DNA from: an uncultured Christensenellaceae bacterium
Lineage (GTDB): Bacteria; Bacillota; Clostridia; Christensenellales; Christensenellaceae
NCBI GenBank assembly: GCA_934373295.1
Contig: CAKROK010000001.1
Span: 19,030 to 83,029, forward strand
Direction: 5' to 3'
Length of the DNA: 64,000 nt
Every line of letters begins with the position of its first letter. Position 1 is the stretch's first letter. The notes under the pieces were generated by a model. It was not told the DNA's origin, made no database searches, and saw only the letters and a program-made list of their open reading frames with translations. Of the stretch, positions 53,046 to 63,582 are shown piece by piece. The translations under genes and the position numbers were made by a program.

Positions 53046-54791
53046 ATGAAAAACAGACCTAAAGAAAAAACGAAAACCGATAGCTGGCGAGCGTTGTTCC
53101 GAACTATCGGAAAATTGAAGCTACCCTGGATATGGATAATAGTGGCAGTGGCGCTCAATATCGTATTAAACGACCTCCTGCTCGACCTTCCCGACATGAC
53201 TGCTGACCTTTTAAACGGAAATCTCGAAGGCGCGGCGCTCACAAAGGCGATAATGTTCTACGTTATGTTCGGAATATTGTCGTTTATAATGGTCGCGGGA
53301 CAGGTTCAGGCGCAGTCCTACGGCGTTAAAAAGTCAAGGCAGAGCCTCTGGAACAAGATGCTGGGCATGAAGATGAGCTTTTTTGACAAAAACGACCCTT
53401 CTGACCTCATGAGCACCATAATAACGGACGCAAGCACAGCCATAAACGACTTCATAAACGTGCTCATATATTTAATACCCTCAATATACTACGTCGTCAT
53501 GGCACTTCTAAGGATAAACGAATATCACTGGATATTAGCGGCATCCTGCTTCGCAATGCTCCCGTTAAAGTATTTATATGCTCTTTTTATGGGAAAGCAG
53601 TTCCAGAAGAACACCGCAAAGGTCTATATTAAGATAGGCACTTTGACGAGCTACCTCGCGGACAGGATAAGCCACCTTCCCCTCATAAAGACTTATACAA
53701 ATGAGCAGGTCGAGAGAGAAAACGGCAGCCGTACCGCAAAAGAACTGTTAAAGGCGAACATGAAGCTCGTCCACTTAGACAATATCGCGACAGCTGCGGT
53801 ATCCGTGCTGGATATATTTCAGAAGTTCATCGTAGTAGTCATCGCCGTTATCCTCTTACAACAGAAAAAAATAGATGTCGCAATGTGGCTCGCGTTCTTC
53901 CTGTTTGCCCAAAACCTCTTCCCGCAGATGGATCAAATTTTTGACATGTGGATAAGGATAAAGGGTATGCACGGATCATTCCATAGAGTCATTGAGATAA
54001 TGGACGGCGAGGGCGAAGGCAGTGAATCCGCCCTCCCCTTCCCCGAAACGGGCGACATCAGGTTTGAAAACATCAGCTTCACCTATCCCGAAACGGACAC
54101 ACCCGCGCTTGATAAAGTGTCCTTTACCATTCCCCGAAGCGGCAACGTCGCAATAGTGGGCCTCTGCGGTAGCGGCAAAACGACGTCCCTAAGCCTGATA
54201 GAGCGCTTCTACGAGCCCGACAAGGGCGATGTGTTCATAGGCGACGTGAACGTCAAGGACATACGCCTCGACGAATTCAGAAAGAATCTCGCATATGTTC
54301 AGCAGAACGCCGACGTTTTTAGCGGAACGCTGCGCGAAGCGCTCACCTACGGCATTGAGCGAAACGTAACTGATGATGAAATACTCGAGGCGGCCGAAAG
54401 AACGGGCTTTAACGAGTATATCGATCAGTGCGGCGGAAACCTCGATTCCGACATATCCGCAGGCGGAAAGTCCATGTCCGGCGGACAGAGCCAAAGGCTC
54501 GTACTGACGCGCGAGCTGCTGCGCGGCGGCGACATAATCCTCATGGACGAGCCGACGAGCGCGCTCGACGTGCGCATATCCGCAAAGATCCAGGACACCA
54601 TGGACACAGTTTTTGCCGGTAAGACGCGCATACTTATCACTCACGACCTGAATTTGGCGAAAAAATACGACAGAATAATCGTGTTGGAGGGCGGCAAGCT
54701 CGTGGGCGACGGCTCCCACGAAAGCCTGCTCAAAAGCTGTGAGACATACATCAAAATGAACGAAAATGCTAAGGAGGAGGCAGCGGAATGA
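53046..54791 (+). CDS. ABC exporter, fused permease/ATPase, subunit 1
   Basis: It has six N-terminal TM segments, Walker A GLCGSGKTT, signature MSGGQSQR and Walker B IILMDEPTSALD. Confidence 0.9.
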   Translation: MKNRPKEKTKTDSWRALFRTIGKLKLPWIWIIVAVALNIVLNDLLLDLPDMTADLLNGNLEGAALTKAIMFYVMFGILSFIMVAGQVQAQSYGVKKSRQSLWNKMLGMKMSFFDKNDPSDLMSTIITDASTAINDFINVLIYLIPSIYYVVMALLRINEYHWILAASCFAMLPLKYLYALFMGKQFQKNTAKVYIKIGTLTSYLADRISHLPLIKTYTNEQVERENGSRTAKELLKANMKLVHLDNIATAAVSVLDIFQKFIVVVIAVILLQQKKIDVAMWLAFFLFAQNLFPQMDQIFDMWIRIKGMHGSFHRVIEIMDGEGEGSESALPFPETGDIRFENISFTYPETDTPALDKVSFTIPRSGNVAIVGLCGSGKTTSLSLIERFYEPDKGDVFIGDVNVKDIRLDEFRKNLAYVQQNADVFSGTLREALTYGIERNVTDDEILEAAERTGFNEYIDQCGGNLDSDISAGGKSMSGGQSQRLVLTRELLRGGDIILMDEPTSALDVRISAKIQDTMDTVFAGKTRILITHDLNLAKKYDRIIVLEGGKLVGDGSHESLLKSCETYIKMNENAKEEAAE

Positions 54792-56509
54792 AAGAGAAGA
54801 AGTTTTCAATTAAAAACATGACCCGTTATTTCACCATCCTCAAAGGCATAAGGCTGCCCTGGTGGCTCATCATATTGAGCTGCGCCTTCGGCATAGGCAT
54901 GATAAACGCGGAAATGCTCGTCGCGACGCTCACCGCGGATATCATCGACACGAGCCAGAACGCGATCAACGCCAAGGAGCTAATAACATATATCAGCACG
55001 GTCGCGCTTTCCGCAGCTCTGAGCATATGCGAAAACTACTTCACCCGCAAGATGGAGGAGGTCGTCACGCTGCGCGTAAGGACAAAGCTGTGGAAAAAGA
55101 TAATGTATCTGCCCACGAGATACTACGACGAGGACAACGGCGACGAGCTGATAACGAGGGTCACCTCCGATGCATCAGCCCCCGCGGGTCTGTTCACGGT
55201 AGTCATATCCTGCATAGTGTGCGTAATCACTACCGTTCAGGCGTTTTTAAGGCTGTTTGAGTATAACGTGACCCTCGCGAGATATTCGCTCATCATAATT
55301 CCGCTCACACTTATAATAAGCGTGATTTACAGCAAGCTCATGTTCAAGCTGGGCGTTTATTCCACGACGACCATGGCGGGCAGCCTCGGCTATTTAGCGG
55401 AGCGCGTGCGTAACTTCCGCCTCATTAAGAGCGCGGTCGCGGAAAAATACGAGCTGAAAAAGGGCGATAACTCCTTTAAAAAGATGTATAAAGCGGAATT
55501 TTTGAGCTGGCTCATGGTGGCGGGATATCAGCTCGCCTCTGGCATGTTCTCAATAATGTTTATCGTTATAGTTTTCGTCATCGGCGGACAGCTCACCAAG
55601 ACGGGCGAGGTCACGATAGGCGACCTCACCGGCTTTTACATGATAACTGGCATAGTCGGCCTTCAGCTCATGCAGCTGTTCATGAACATCGGCTCCGTAT
55701 CAAACACATTCGGCACGATGAAGAAGATCGCGCAGGTCATGGACACGCAGTCCGAAAACGCCGAAGGAAAGCCCGTCCCCAAGCTCTGCTCGGATATAGT
55801 CTTTAAGGACGTCTGCTTCAGCTATGACGGCGAAAACGAGACGTTAAACAACTTAAACCTGAAAATACCCATGGGCAAGGTCACCGCGGTAATAGGCGGA
55901 AACGGCGCGGGCAAATCCACCATGTTCAAGCTGATAACCAGGCTCTATGAGCCAAAGAGCGGTCAAATACTCTTTGGGGATGAGAACATAGCCGATTTTA
56001 ACCTGACGCAGTGGCGCGATGAATTCTCCTACGTATTTCAGCGCAGCCCGCTCATCGGCGGCACGGTGAGGGATAACATCACCTACGGACTTGACAGCGA
56101 GGTCAGCGAGGACGAGCTTATAAGCGTCGCGAAAAAGGCGAACTGCTATGACTTCATAATGGAAAAACCGGGCGGCTTTGATGAAGAGGTGGGTCTGGAC
56201 GGCTCGAACTTCTCGGGCGGTCAGGCGCAGTGCATCTCCATCGCGCGCGCAATGCTCAGAAACTCGGATTATCTTCTCTTAGACGAAGCCACGAGCAATC
56301 TGGATGTCGTGAGCGAGGCGCTCGTCACGCAGGCCATGGATAACCTCATGGAAAACAGGACGACCGTCATGATAGCGCATAACTATGCCGCGACCAAAAA
56401 CGCGGATTACATTATAGTCATGAAGGACGGCGCTGTCGAGGCGGCGGGCACTCCGGACGAGCTATCCCAGACGAACGACTACTATAAGATGTTTATAAAG
56501 ACATTATAA
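54788..56509 (+). CDS. ABC exporter, fused permease/ATPase, subunit 2
   Basis: It has Walker A GGNGAGKST, signature FSGGQAQC and Walker B LLLDEATSNLD. It overlaps subunit 1 by 4 nt, so the pair is probably a heterodimer. Confidence 0.9.
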   Translation: MKEKKFSIKNMTRYFTILKGIRLPWWLIILSCAFGIGMINAEMLVATLTADIIDTSQNAINAKELITYISTVALSAALSICENYFTRKMEEVVTLRVRTKLWKKIMYLPTRYYDEDNGDELITRVTSDASAPAGLFTVVISCIVCVITTVQAFLRLFEYNVTLARYSLIIIPLTLIISVIYSKLMFKLGVYSTTTMAGSLGYLAERVRNFRLIKSAVAEKYELKKGDNSFKKMYKAEFLSWLMVAGYQLASGMFSIMFIVIVFVIGGQLTKTGEVTIGDLTGFYMITGIVGLQLMQLFMNIGSVSNTFGTMKKIAQVMDTQSENAEGKPVPKLCSDIVFKDVCFSYDGENETLNNLNLKIPMGKVTAVIGGNGAGKSTMFKLITRLYEPKSGQILFGDENIADFNLTQWRDEFSYVFQRSPLIGGTVRDNITYGLDSEVSEDELISVAKKANCYDFIMEKPGGFDEEVGLDGSNFSGGQAQCISIARAMLRNSDYLLLDEATSNLDVVSEALVTQAMDNLMENRTTVMIAHNYAATKNADYIIVMKDGAVEAAGTPDELSQTNDYYKMFIKTL

Positions 56510-56561
56510 CCAACGGACCGCAGCGCGCGGCCTTACTACTAATAAACAAGGATAATAAATT

Positions 56562-59441
56562 ATGGATAAAAAATTAAAATTGACGCCCATCGCCCCCGGT
56601 GAGACGCGCCACGGCTTCAAGCTCATAAAAAAAGAGTTTGTCAAATCTAAAAACGCCGAGCTTTATACGCTATCGCACCTCAAGACGGGTACAGAGCTTT
56701 TGTATTTTGACCGTGACGACGAGAACAAGACGTTCTCCATCGCGTTTACCACCCTGCCCGAGGACAACACGGGCGTGTTCCACATCTTGGAGCACAGCGT
56801 GCTGAACGGCTCAAAAAAATACCCCGTGAAGGAGCCGTTTGTGTCCCTGCTTCAAAGCTCCATGCAGACGTTTTTAAACGCGATGACCTTCAGCGACAAG
56901 ACGGTCTACCCCGTATCGAGCAGGAATGAACAGGATCTTTTCAACCTCATGAGCGTATATTTGGACGGCGTTTTTAACCCGCTCATATACACCCGCCCCG
57001 AGATATTCATGCAGGAGGGCTGGCATTATGAATTTGAAGATGAGGGCAAAATGCCATATTATAACGGCGTGGTCTACAGCGAGATGAAGGGCGTGTATTC
57101 GGACGTCGACAGCCTCATAATGGACGAGACGCAGCGCCTGCTCTTCCCCGACAACAGCTACGGCTACATTTCGGGCGGTCACCCCGAGAACATCACCGAT
57201 CTGACATATGAAAAGTTCATAGAAACGCACAAGAGATTCTATCACCCCTCCAACGCGAAGATATTCTTAGACGGTCATATGGACATAGATACTGTGCTCG
57301 AGTACATCGACGGCGAATATCTCTCAAAATACGACTACCGCGAGGCAGATTTCGCGTTCAAGGCGCAGGCTCCGAAGAACGCGCAAAAGACGCTTTACTA
57401 TGAGGCACAGCCGGATGAGGGCGGGCTTTCGCACATGGTTTTCGCAAAAATACTCTGCAAGCATGATGAAATTGAAAAGATATATGCCGCAAAGATATTG
57501 GCGGATTATCTCACCGGCTCAAACGAAGCTCCCCTAAAGCGCGCGTTCCTCGAAAAGGGGCTTTGCCAGGACGTGACCTTAGAAGTCGCGGACGACGAAT
57601 TTCAGCCGTTTACCGCACTCGTCATAAGAAATGCGGATAAGGACAGATTTGATGAGATCAAATCATTCATAAAGGACGCGGTCAAGGATATCTCCAAAAA
57701 CGGAATAGACGCCGACGCGCTGAAGGCGTCCATCGAGAGATTTGCGTTTAAAAATAAGGAAATAAGCGAACCCTACGGCCTTGAGCTTGCGATACGCGCG
57801 CTTAACGGCTGGCTTTACGGCGACGACCCGCTCACGCATATCGACAACGCGGCTGTATTCGATGCGCTGCGCGAAAAGTCCTACACGGCGTACTTTACCG
57901 ACCTCATGCTGGATATCTTCACAAATGACGAGGGCGCGTCCTATCTCTACATTTTTCCCTCGCTGACAAAGGGCGAGGACGACGCCAAAAAGGAGGCGCT
58001 CAAGCTGGAAAACTCCGTTTCCAAATGGACGGAGGACGATAAAAAGCGCATATTTGACGAGTTCACAAAGATGGTCGAATGGCAGCGCAGCATGGACACG
58101 GACGAGGCGCTTTCCACCCTGCCCCACCTCGAGCTGAGCGACATCCCGGAAAGCGTCGAGCCTATCCGCACAGAGCTTGAAAGCATCGCAAATACGCGGG
58201 TTTTACACGTCGATACGCAGACAAACGGTATAGTCTATCTCAACATGTATTTTGACATATCCGATTTCACGACGGACGAGCTTTGCGAGATAAACGTGCT
58301 GTCCTCCTGCTTCGGCGAGCTGAGCACCAAAAACTACCCCGCAGATAAGCTACAAAGCGCAATAAAGGGCACGTTCGGCTCGCTGTATGCGTCGCTAAAG
58401 CTGTTCTCCAAGCCGGCCGAGCTTGACAGCTGCACGCCATATTTGCACGTGAGCGCAAGTATGCTCGAGGAAAACGCCCAAAAGGCGGCTGCTCTTATAA
58501 GCGAGCTGTTGTTAAACGGCAAGTATGACGAAACGGACAGAATAGGCGAAACCGTGCTGCAAAACGAGTATTTCTTAAAGCAATCGCTCATAAGCAACGG
58601 ACATATGTACGCCATAACCAAGGCGTTGAGCGCATTTTCCGCAGAGGGCGCATTATCCGAGCTGACCTCCGGCGAGAGCTTCGTGCGCTGGTACGGCGAC
58701 TATGCCGAGAGCTTTAAGGATGACGCGCAAAATTGCGGCGAGCGCCTTGCATCGCTCGCGAAAAGGGCGTTCAGCAAAAAACGCCTGTTCGTGGGCGTGA
58801 GCGGCAATATCGACTCACACATCCTGTCAGGCATCATATCCGCCCTTCCCGAGGGTAAGATGGGTAAAATGGCCGAGCATCCCAAGTTCGATACGTCGGA
58901 TGCGGCGATAACAATTCCCTCGGACGTGAGCTACAGCGCCATAGGCGGCAACCTCTATGCCGCGGGCGGCAAGTTTACGGGAAGCTGCTCCGTTGCGGCG
59001 TCCCTCATAACCTACGGATACCTCTGGAACATGGTGCGCGTGCGCGGCGGCGCATACGGCACGGGCATGAGCGCCCGCACGAACGGCGACATCTTCTGCT
59101 ATTCATATCGCGACCCGAACGTCAAAAACTCGCGCGAGGCATTTTACGGCGCTGCGGATTTCCTCGAGGATGCGCTGGGTCAGGGTATGCCCATCGACGA
59201 TATCATAATAGGCACGGTGAACACCACCGACCCGCTTTTAAGCCCCTCGAACGTCTGCAAGGTCATGTGTGAGAGGTTTATAAAGGGCACGACCGACCGC
59301 ATAGCCGAGATACGGCGCGAAATTCTGAGGACTACACCCGACGAGCTGTTAGCTTTAAAGGACATAATCGCCAAAAGCATTTCGGACGGAAAGTTCTGCG
59401 CCGTAGGCGGAAAGGACGCCGTAGCATTTTTGGAAAAATAA
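56562..59441 (+). CDS. M16C insulinase-family zinc metallopeptidase (PreP-like)
   Basis: 959 aa with the inverted zinc motif HILEHSVLNGS and a downstream YSEMKG segment typical of M16C. Confidence 0.9.
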   Translation: MDKKLKLTPIAPGETRHGFKLIKKEFVKSKNAELYTLSHLKTGTELLYFDRDDENKTFSIAFTTLPEDNTGVFHILEHSVLNGSKKYPVKEPFVSLLQSSMQTFLNAMTFSDKTVYPVSSRNEQDLFNLMSVYLDGVFNPLIYTRPEIFMQEGWHYEFEDEGKMPYYNGVVYSEMKGVYSDVDSLIMDETQRLLFPDNSYGYISGGHPENITDLTYEKFIETHKRFYHPSNAKIFLDGHMDIDTVLEYIDGEYLSKYDYREADFAFKAQAPKNAQKTLYYEAQPDEGGLSHMVFAKILCKHDEIEKIYAAKILADYLTGSNEAPLKRAFLEKGLCQDVTLEVADDEFQPFTALVIRNADKDRFDEIKSFIKDAVKDISKNGIDADALKASIERFAFKNKEISEPYGLELAIRALNGWLYGDDPLTHIDNAAVFDALREKSYTAYFTDLMLDIFTNDEGASYLYIFPSLTKGEDDAKKEALKLENSVSKWTEDDKKRIFDEFTKMVEWQRSMDTDEALSTLPHLELSDIPESVEPIRTELESIANTRVLHVDTQTNGIVYLNMYFDISDFTTDELCEINVLSSCFGELSTKNYPADKLQSAIKGTFGSLYASLKLFSKPAELDSCTPYLHVSASMLEENAQKAAALISELLLNGKYDETDRIGETVLQNEYFLKQSLISNGHMYAITKALSAFSAEGALSELTSGESFVRWYGDYAESFKDDAQNCGERLASLAKRAFSKKRLFVGVSGNIDSHILSGIISALPEGKMGKMAEHPKFDTSDAAITIPSDVSYSAIGGNLYAAGGKFTGSCSVAASLITYGYLWNMVRVRGGAYGTGMSARTNGDIFCYSYRDPNVKNSREAFYGAADFLEDALGQGMPIDDIIIGTVNTTDPLLSPSNVCKVMCERFIKGTTDRIAEIRREILRTTPDELLALKDIIAKSISDGKFCAVGGKDAVAFLEK

Positions 59442-59454
59442 TTAGAATAACATC

Positions 59455-59495
59455 AAAACAGCGTCGAGATAAATGCGTCTCGGCGCTGTTTTTTG
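59455..59495. terminator. Bidirectional intrinsic terminator
   Basis: AAAACAGCGTCGAGA-loop-TCTCGGCGCTGTTTTTT lies between convergent genes. Confidence 0.75.
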
Positions 59496-59500
59496 CGTAG

Positions 59501-60364
59501 CTATTGTTTTTTGACGAGCTTTATTATGACGACCTCCGGCGGGTTATAAAAGCGCGGAACACTCAAATTTTCCTTCGCGAGTCCCCTGCTCACTATCATC
59601 GTCGTGTTGTCCCTGACGTACAGACGCCCACCGGTATATCTCGGCAAAATCCCCTGATCCGGCGCGTAAAAGCCGTTTATAAACGGCGGCAGACACCATT
59701 GCCCGCCGTTCGCGTGTCCGCTCAGCACGAGGTCAAAGCCCTTTTGCGCATAATCCGCAAAATACTCCGGTCTGTGCGAAAGAAGGACCGTGAAATTTCC
59801 GTTATCCGTTGCTTTTTTTACCTGTTCAAGCTGATTTTCAAAAGACGTCACGCCATCAAGAAGCGAGGCATCGGGGTCATCCACGCCGCAGATGTTTATC
59901 GTCTGTCCATTTATCGTCACGGACTGCGCATCACCCGAAAGGCGCGTCACGCCGTACTTTTCGAGCATTTTCATACGCTCGTTAAATGCATCGGCGCCGT
60001 TCGCATACTCGCTGTCTCCCGTAACGTAAAAACAGCGCTCCCTCTCGGTTATTTCCTTAATGAAAGTCTCCGCTTTGCCATCCGAAAGCTCGGAATCGAA
60101 AATATCGCCCGTGAGCATGACCAAATCAGGCTCCTCATAAACCGTCGCCGCGAGCAAGCTGACCTGACGCTCGCCGTAATCGCAGGAATGGAGGTCGGAA
60201 ATGAGCGCCAGCGTGATCTCGTGGCTTATCTTGTCCGACTCGACCTCGTAGCGCTGCACGTCCAAGTCGTTTTTAAATCCGTTTGAGAAGAACAGCACCG
60301 CATAAATAAGCACTAATACGGCCCATTCTACTATTAATCTTCCCTTTTCTTCGTTTATCTTCAT
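59501..60364 (-). CDS. Membrane-anchored metallophosphoesterase (YkuE-like)
   Basis: It has an N-terminal TM segment and the motifs LISDLHS, LTGDIFD, LLSHRP and LSGHANGG. Confidence 0.85.
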   Translation of the reverse strand: MKINEEKGRLIVEWAVLVLIYAVLFFSNGFKNDLDVQRYEVESDKISHEITLALISDLHSCDYGERQVSLLAATVYEEPDLVMLTGDIFDSELSDGKAETFIKEITERERCFYVTGDSEYANGADAFNERMKMLEKYGVTRLSGDAQSVTINGQTINICGVDDPDASLLDGVTSFENQLEQVKKATDNGNFTVLLSHRPEYFADYAQKGFDLVLSGHANGGQWCLPPFINGFYAPDQGILPRYTGGRLYVRDNTTMIVSRGLAKENLSVPRFYNPPEVVIIKLVKKQ

Positions 60365-60375
60365 TTTTCCCGAAT

Positions 60376-61152
60376 TTACATGTACAGCAGTTTTTTATAC
60401 AGCGCCGTCTCGTTTTGCGCAGAAGAATAGAACTCAACCTTGCCCGTTCCGCTGTCATTAGCAAGCCCCGTTTCGTCGAGCGTGTGCTTTAAATATCTCA
60501 CCACGCCGTACATCCCGTCGAATATCTCCGCCTTGCCGTCAACGTATTTCAGCGCAGTATTTCTGATATGCTCGCTCACGAACGAATAATGCGTGCATCC
60601 CATTACGATGGCGTCTATGCGCATACCCTTTAGCGGCGCGAGTTTTTTTTCAAGGTAATCTTCCAGCTCAGGTGCGTCAAAATCGCCCTTTTCGATGAGC
60701 TCGACCAGCCCGCCGCACTTCATGTTTATGACCTTGTCCTTGCAGTTAAGGCGCTCCAGCAGCAGGTTATACCTCTTTTGGGATATAGTCGCGGGCGTCG
60801 CCATTACGAGCACCTTTCCGTCCCCCTCAAGCGCAGTCAAGGCGGGCTTTACCGCAGGCTCCATGCTCAAAATGGGGATGTTGTAGATGTCCCTCATCTC
60901 GCGGATAGAGACGCTTGTGGCGGTGTTGCAGGCAACCACGATGAGCTTCACGCCCTTGTTATACAAAAACTCGCCACAGTTTAAGGACAGACGGCGTATC
61001 TCGTCCTCCGTCTTTTCGCCGTAGGGCGCGTTTTTATCATCGCCGTAGTATATGAAATCCTCTTTAGGCAGCTTTGTGAGCGCGTGTCTTAAAACGCTCA
61101 GACCGCCCACGCCCGAATCGAAAAAGCCGATGGGACAGTGTTTTTTATCCAT
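60376..61152 (-). CDS. murI: Glutamate racemase
   Basis: It has IGFFDSGVGGLSV, VVACNTAT and VMGCTHYSF (two catalytic Cys). Confidence 0.95.
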   Translation of the reverse strand: MDKKHCPIGFFDSGVGGLSVLRHALTKLPKEDFIYYGDDKNAPYGEKTEDEIRRLSLNCGEFLYNKGVKLIVVACNTATSVSIREMRDIYNIPILSMEPAVKPALTALEGDGKVLVMATPATISQKRYNLLLERLNCKDKVINMKCGGLVELIEKGDFDAPELEDYLEKKLAPLKGMRIDAIVMGCTHYSFVSEHIRNTALKYVDGKAEIFDGMYGVVRYLKHTLDETGLANDSGTGKVEFYSSAQNETALYKKLLYM

Positions 61153-61199
61153 AATTGCTCCCTTATCATTTGTTCACACTAATTATATAACAAATATTC

Positions 61200-62114
61200 C
61201 TATTTTTCAACAGAAACGACCTTCGAAAGCGCCCGCGCGAATATGACCGCGGAGTTCTCCGCCTCCTCGAGCGTATTCATGTTATGCCCTATCTCTATCA
61301 GGCAGTTCAGATCGCCCACATGCTGATTATACCTGCCCTTTTTTATGCAGATATTGCGCACGAGCGCCTCATCCACCTTTACGAGCTGCGCATTGATGCT
61401 CTTTGCAAACGAGTAGTTGCGCTTGAAGTTTGGCTTCTTTTCAAACCCCTCTCCCCTTCCCACGACGAACATCATCCGCGCGCATTTCTTGCCGTTCACA
61501 TTCACGTAATCCTCCGTGCTTTCGGACGACGTCGCGTCGCGGTGCAGATCGATGAAAATGTCGATATCCGGATATTTTTTCAGATATTTTTCCATCGTGA
61601 CCACGCTTCTGTCATACGCCGTGGTGAGCTTGGGCGGCTCGTGGTCCGTCGTATCGTGAATTACGTTAAAGCCCTGCGCCTCCAGCTCTTTTTTCATCAC
61701 CTCTCCCACCGCGACTATGTTCTTGTCGTTATCGTGCGTGCGCCAGCTTCCCGATTCATCGTATTCATCTCCCTTGACCTGCCTATACGCCTCCGTAGTG
61801 TGCGTATGATATATGAGTATATTCGGGCTGCCCGAGATGGTATAATCGCCCGTTTTGTCCTCCTGCTGCGGCTGTGAGTTTTCTATTGGCAGTAAAAAGT
61901 CCGAAAGCTCACCATCCGCCGTGACCGCCACCGTGTTCTTCTCGCTCGGGAGCATGAGCCTTATCATGTCCCACGCGGACGCATCCTCACCCGCGCCCGT
62001 CAGCTGTGCATTTTCCCCCGTACACGCCGCTATCGCCGCAAACACGAATATCGCCGCCGCAATGACGCAAATGACCTTTATCGTTTGTTTCATAGGCATA
62101 CCTTCTTCCATCAT
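61200..62114 (-). CDS. spoIIP: Stage II sporulation protein P
   Basis: It has ILIYHTHTTEAY and FIDLHRD motifs and gpr-spoIIP synteny. The true start is probably the internal MKQTIKV at 62093. Confidence 0.85.
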   Translation of the reverse strand: MMEEGMPMKQTIKVICVIAAAIFVFAAIAACTGENAQLTGAGEDASAWDMIRLMLPSEKNTVAVTADGELSDFLLPIENSQPQQEDKTGDYTISGSPNILIYHTHTTEAYRQVKGDEYDESGSWRTHDNDKNIVAVGEVMKKELEAQGFNVIHDTTDHEPPKLTTAYDRSVVTMEKYLKKYPDIDIFIDLHRDATSSESTEDYVNVNGKKCARMMFVVGRGEGFEKKPNFKRNYSFAKSINAQLVKVDEALVRNICIKKGRYNQHVGDLNCLIEIGHNMNTLEEAENSAVIFARALSKVVSVEK

Positions 62115-62146
62115 TCTTACTAATAATATGATGGAGTCGGGTGGGT

Positions 62147-63052
62147 TTAGTCCATGTAATCGCGAATATCCTCATACGGCACATGCGGATTCACGGCATA
62201 GTTAATCGCGTCTGATAAAAGCTGCGCGGCGTGGTCTGTCAGCTTATCGATGTTCGTGGGCGTTATGACGAGGTCGTCCGGCTTTTCGCTCATGCGGCGA
62301 ACGGCTCGCTTTATGGTCTCGTCGTCACCCGTCACGCCTTCGAGGTAGTCCCGCGCGACAGTCGAGGCATACGCCACTGTAGGCACGCCCACAGCGATGA
62401 CCTCCGCGCCCGTCGTGCTTCTGTCTATGGCGTTTCGATTGTTTCCCATTCCCGCACCCGGCTGTATCCCCGCGTTTGATATCTGTATACTCGCGCCGAT
62501 CCTCCTTATTTCACGCGCCGCCAATGCATCCACGGCGATTATGACCTGCGGATTTAGCCGCTCGCAAAGCGCGCCTATGACCTCCTCGCTCTCTATGCCC
62601 GTGACGCCCAAAACTCCGGGAGCTATCGCCGCGACTGTGGACGCGCGGTCGTCTATCGCGTCTGGGATGTGCTGCTTGATATGCCGCGTGACGAACACCC
62701 CGTCGCACGTCTTTGGCCCCAACGAATCGGGCGTGACCATCCGGTTTCCCAGCCCTATCACGAGCACATTTTCATATTGCCCGACGAGCCTGCCGATCTC
62801 CTTCGCGCAGCACCTCGCGAGGCTCCTCCTCTTTTCGGGGAGCAGCGCCGCAATGCTGCCCATATCCAGCGTGACGTACGTTCCCTCCGGCTTTCCCAAC
62901 CGATCAGCCGCAGTTTTCCCCGTGACCTCTATGCGCGAGACCTCTATCCCGCACTCGTTTAAAAAGCTCTCGCTCGATACTCCGTCGATTTTTCCTAAAT
63001 TCGCGGCTAATTCCGCCGCCATGTCCGTCCTTATCTGCATATTCCACCTCAT
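62147..63052 (-). CDS. gpr: Germination protease (GPR endopeptidase)
   Basis: It has IRTDMAAELA, VIGLGNRMVTPDSLGP and AVDALAAR, as in Bacillus Gpr. The start may be ATG 63040 (MQIRTD). Confidence 0.9.
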   Translation of the reverse strand: MRWNMQIRTDMAAELAANLGKIDGVSSESFLNECGIEVSRIEVTGKTAADRLGKPEGTYVTLDMGSIAALLPEKRRSLARCCAKEIGRLVGQYENVLVIGLGNRMVTPDSLGPKTCDGVFVTRHIKQHIPDAIDDRASTVAAIAPGVLGVTGIESEEVIGALCERLNPQVIIAVDALAAREIRRIGASIQISNAGIQPGAGMGNNRNAIDRSTTGAEVIAVGVPTVAYASTVARDYLEGVTGDDETIKRAVRRMSEKPDDLVITPTNIDKLTDHAAQLLSDAINYAVNPHVPYEDIRDYMD

Positions 63053-63098
63053 TTTTGAAAATATATGAGGATTATATGCATTTTTCTATAAAAATCAC

Positions 63099-63127
63099 TT
63101 GCAATTCCTGGCTTATTATGATAATAT
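63099..63127 (+). promoter_or_regulatory. Sigma-A promoter of rpsT
   Basis: TTGCAA (63099-63104), a 17-nt spacer ending in TGA, then TAATAT (63122-63127). Confidence 0.6.
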
Positions 63128-63162
63128 CGAAATGTTGAAAATATCTATTTGGGGGTGAAAAT

Positions 63163-63414
63163 ATGCCTAACATTAAATCCGCTAAAAAGCGTGTCAAGGT
63201 TATCGCTAAAAAGACCGCAGAGAACAGAATGGCTATGTCCGCTCTTAGGACTCAGCTCAAGAAGTTCAACGCCGCTGTCGATGCCAATGACAACGTTGAA
63301 GCTGTTTACACCGCTACCGTTAAAAAGGTAGACGAAGCTGCTTCTAAGGGTCTTATCCACAAGAATAAGGCTAACAGGACAAAGGCACAGCTCGCTAAAA
63401 AAGTTCAGGCGTAA
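63163..63414 (+). CDS. rpsT: 30S ribosomal protein S20
   Basis: 83 aa starting MPNIKSAKKRVKVIAKKTAENR. Confidence 0.95.
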   Translation: MPNIKSAKKRVKVIAKKTAENRMAMSALRTQLKKFNAAVDANDNVEAVYTATVKKVDEAASKGLIHKNKANRTKAQLAKKVQA

Positions 63415-63483
63415 GCTCGGGCTTTGAGCAATGCAGATATTTTTGATCTTCCCCGGGTCACAAATATCCAAGGAATAAAGAAT

Positions 63484-63516
63484 TCCCTTTCCAACACCCT
63501 CGGAATGGGATTTTTT
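63484..63516 (+). terminator. Candidate rpsT terminator
   Basis: TCCCTTTCC-loop-GGAATGGGA (one T-T mismatch) followed by TTTTTTATTTT. Confidence 0.55.
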
Positions 63517-63533
63517 ATTTTAGACAAACAATA

Positions 63534-63565
63534 AACCGCCGAGAAGTGATTCCCGACGGTTTTTA
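63534..63565. terminator. Second hairpin, possibly a bidirectional terminator (rpsT and recR converge)
   Basis: AAACCGCCG-loop-CGACGGTTTTT with one mismatch, and A/T runs on both sides. Confidence 0.5.
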
Positions 63566-63582
63566 TGCTTTTAGCGCTTATT

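Noticed and set aside
63053-63100. I searched upstream of gpr for a forespore sigma-F/G promoter. GCATA-17-CAAAAAT is the best candidate.
   Set aside because: The -10 does not match the CATnnTA-type consensus well enough, and the -10 candidate abuts the RBS. It cannot be supported from sequence alone.
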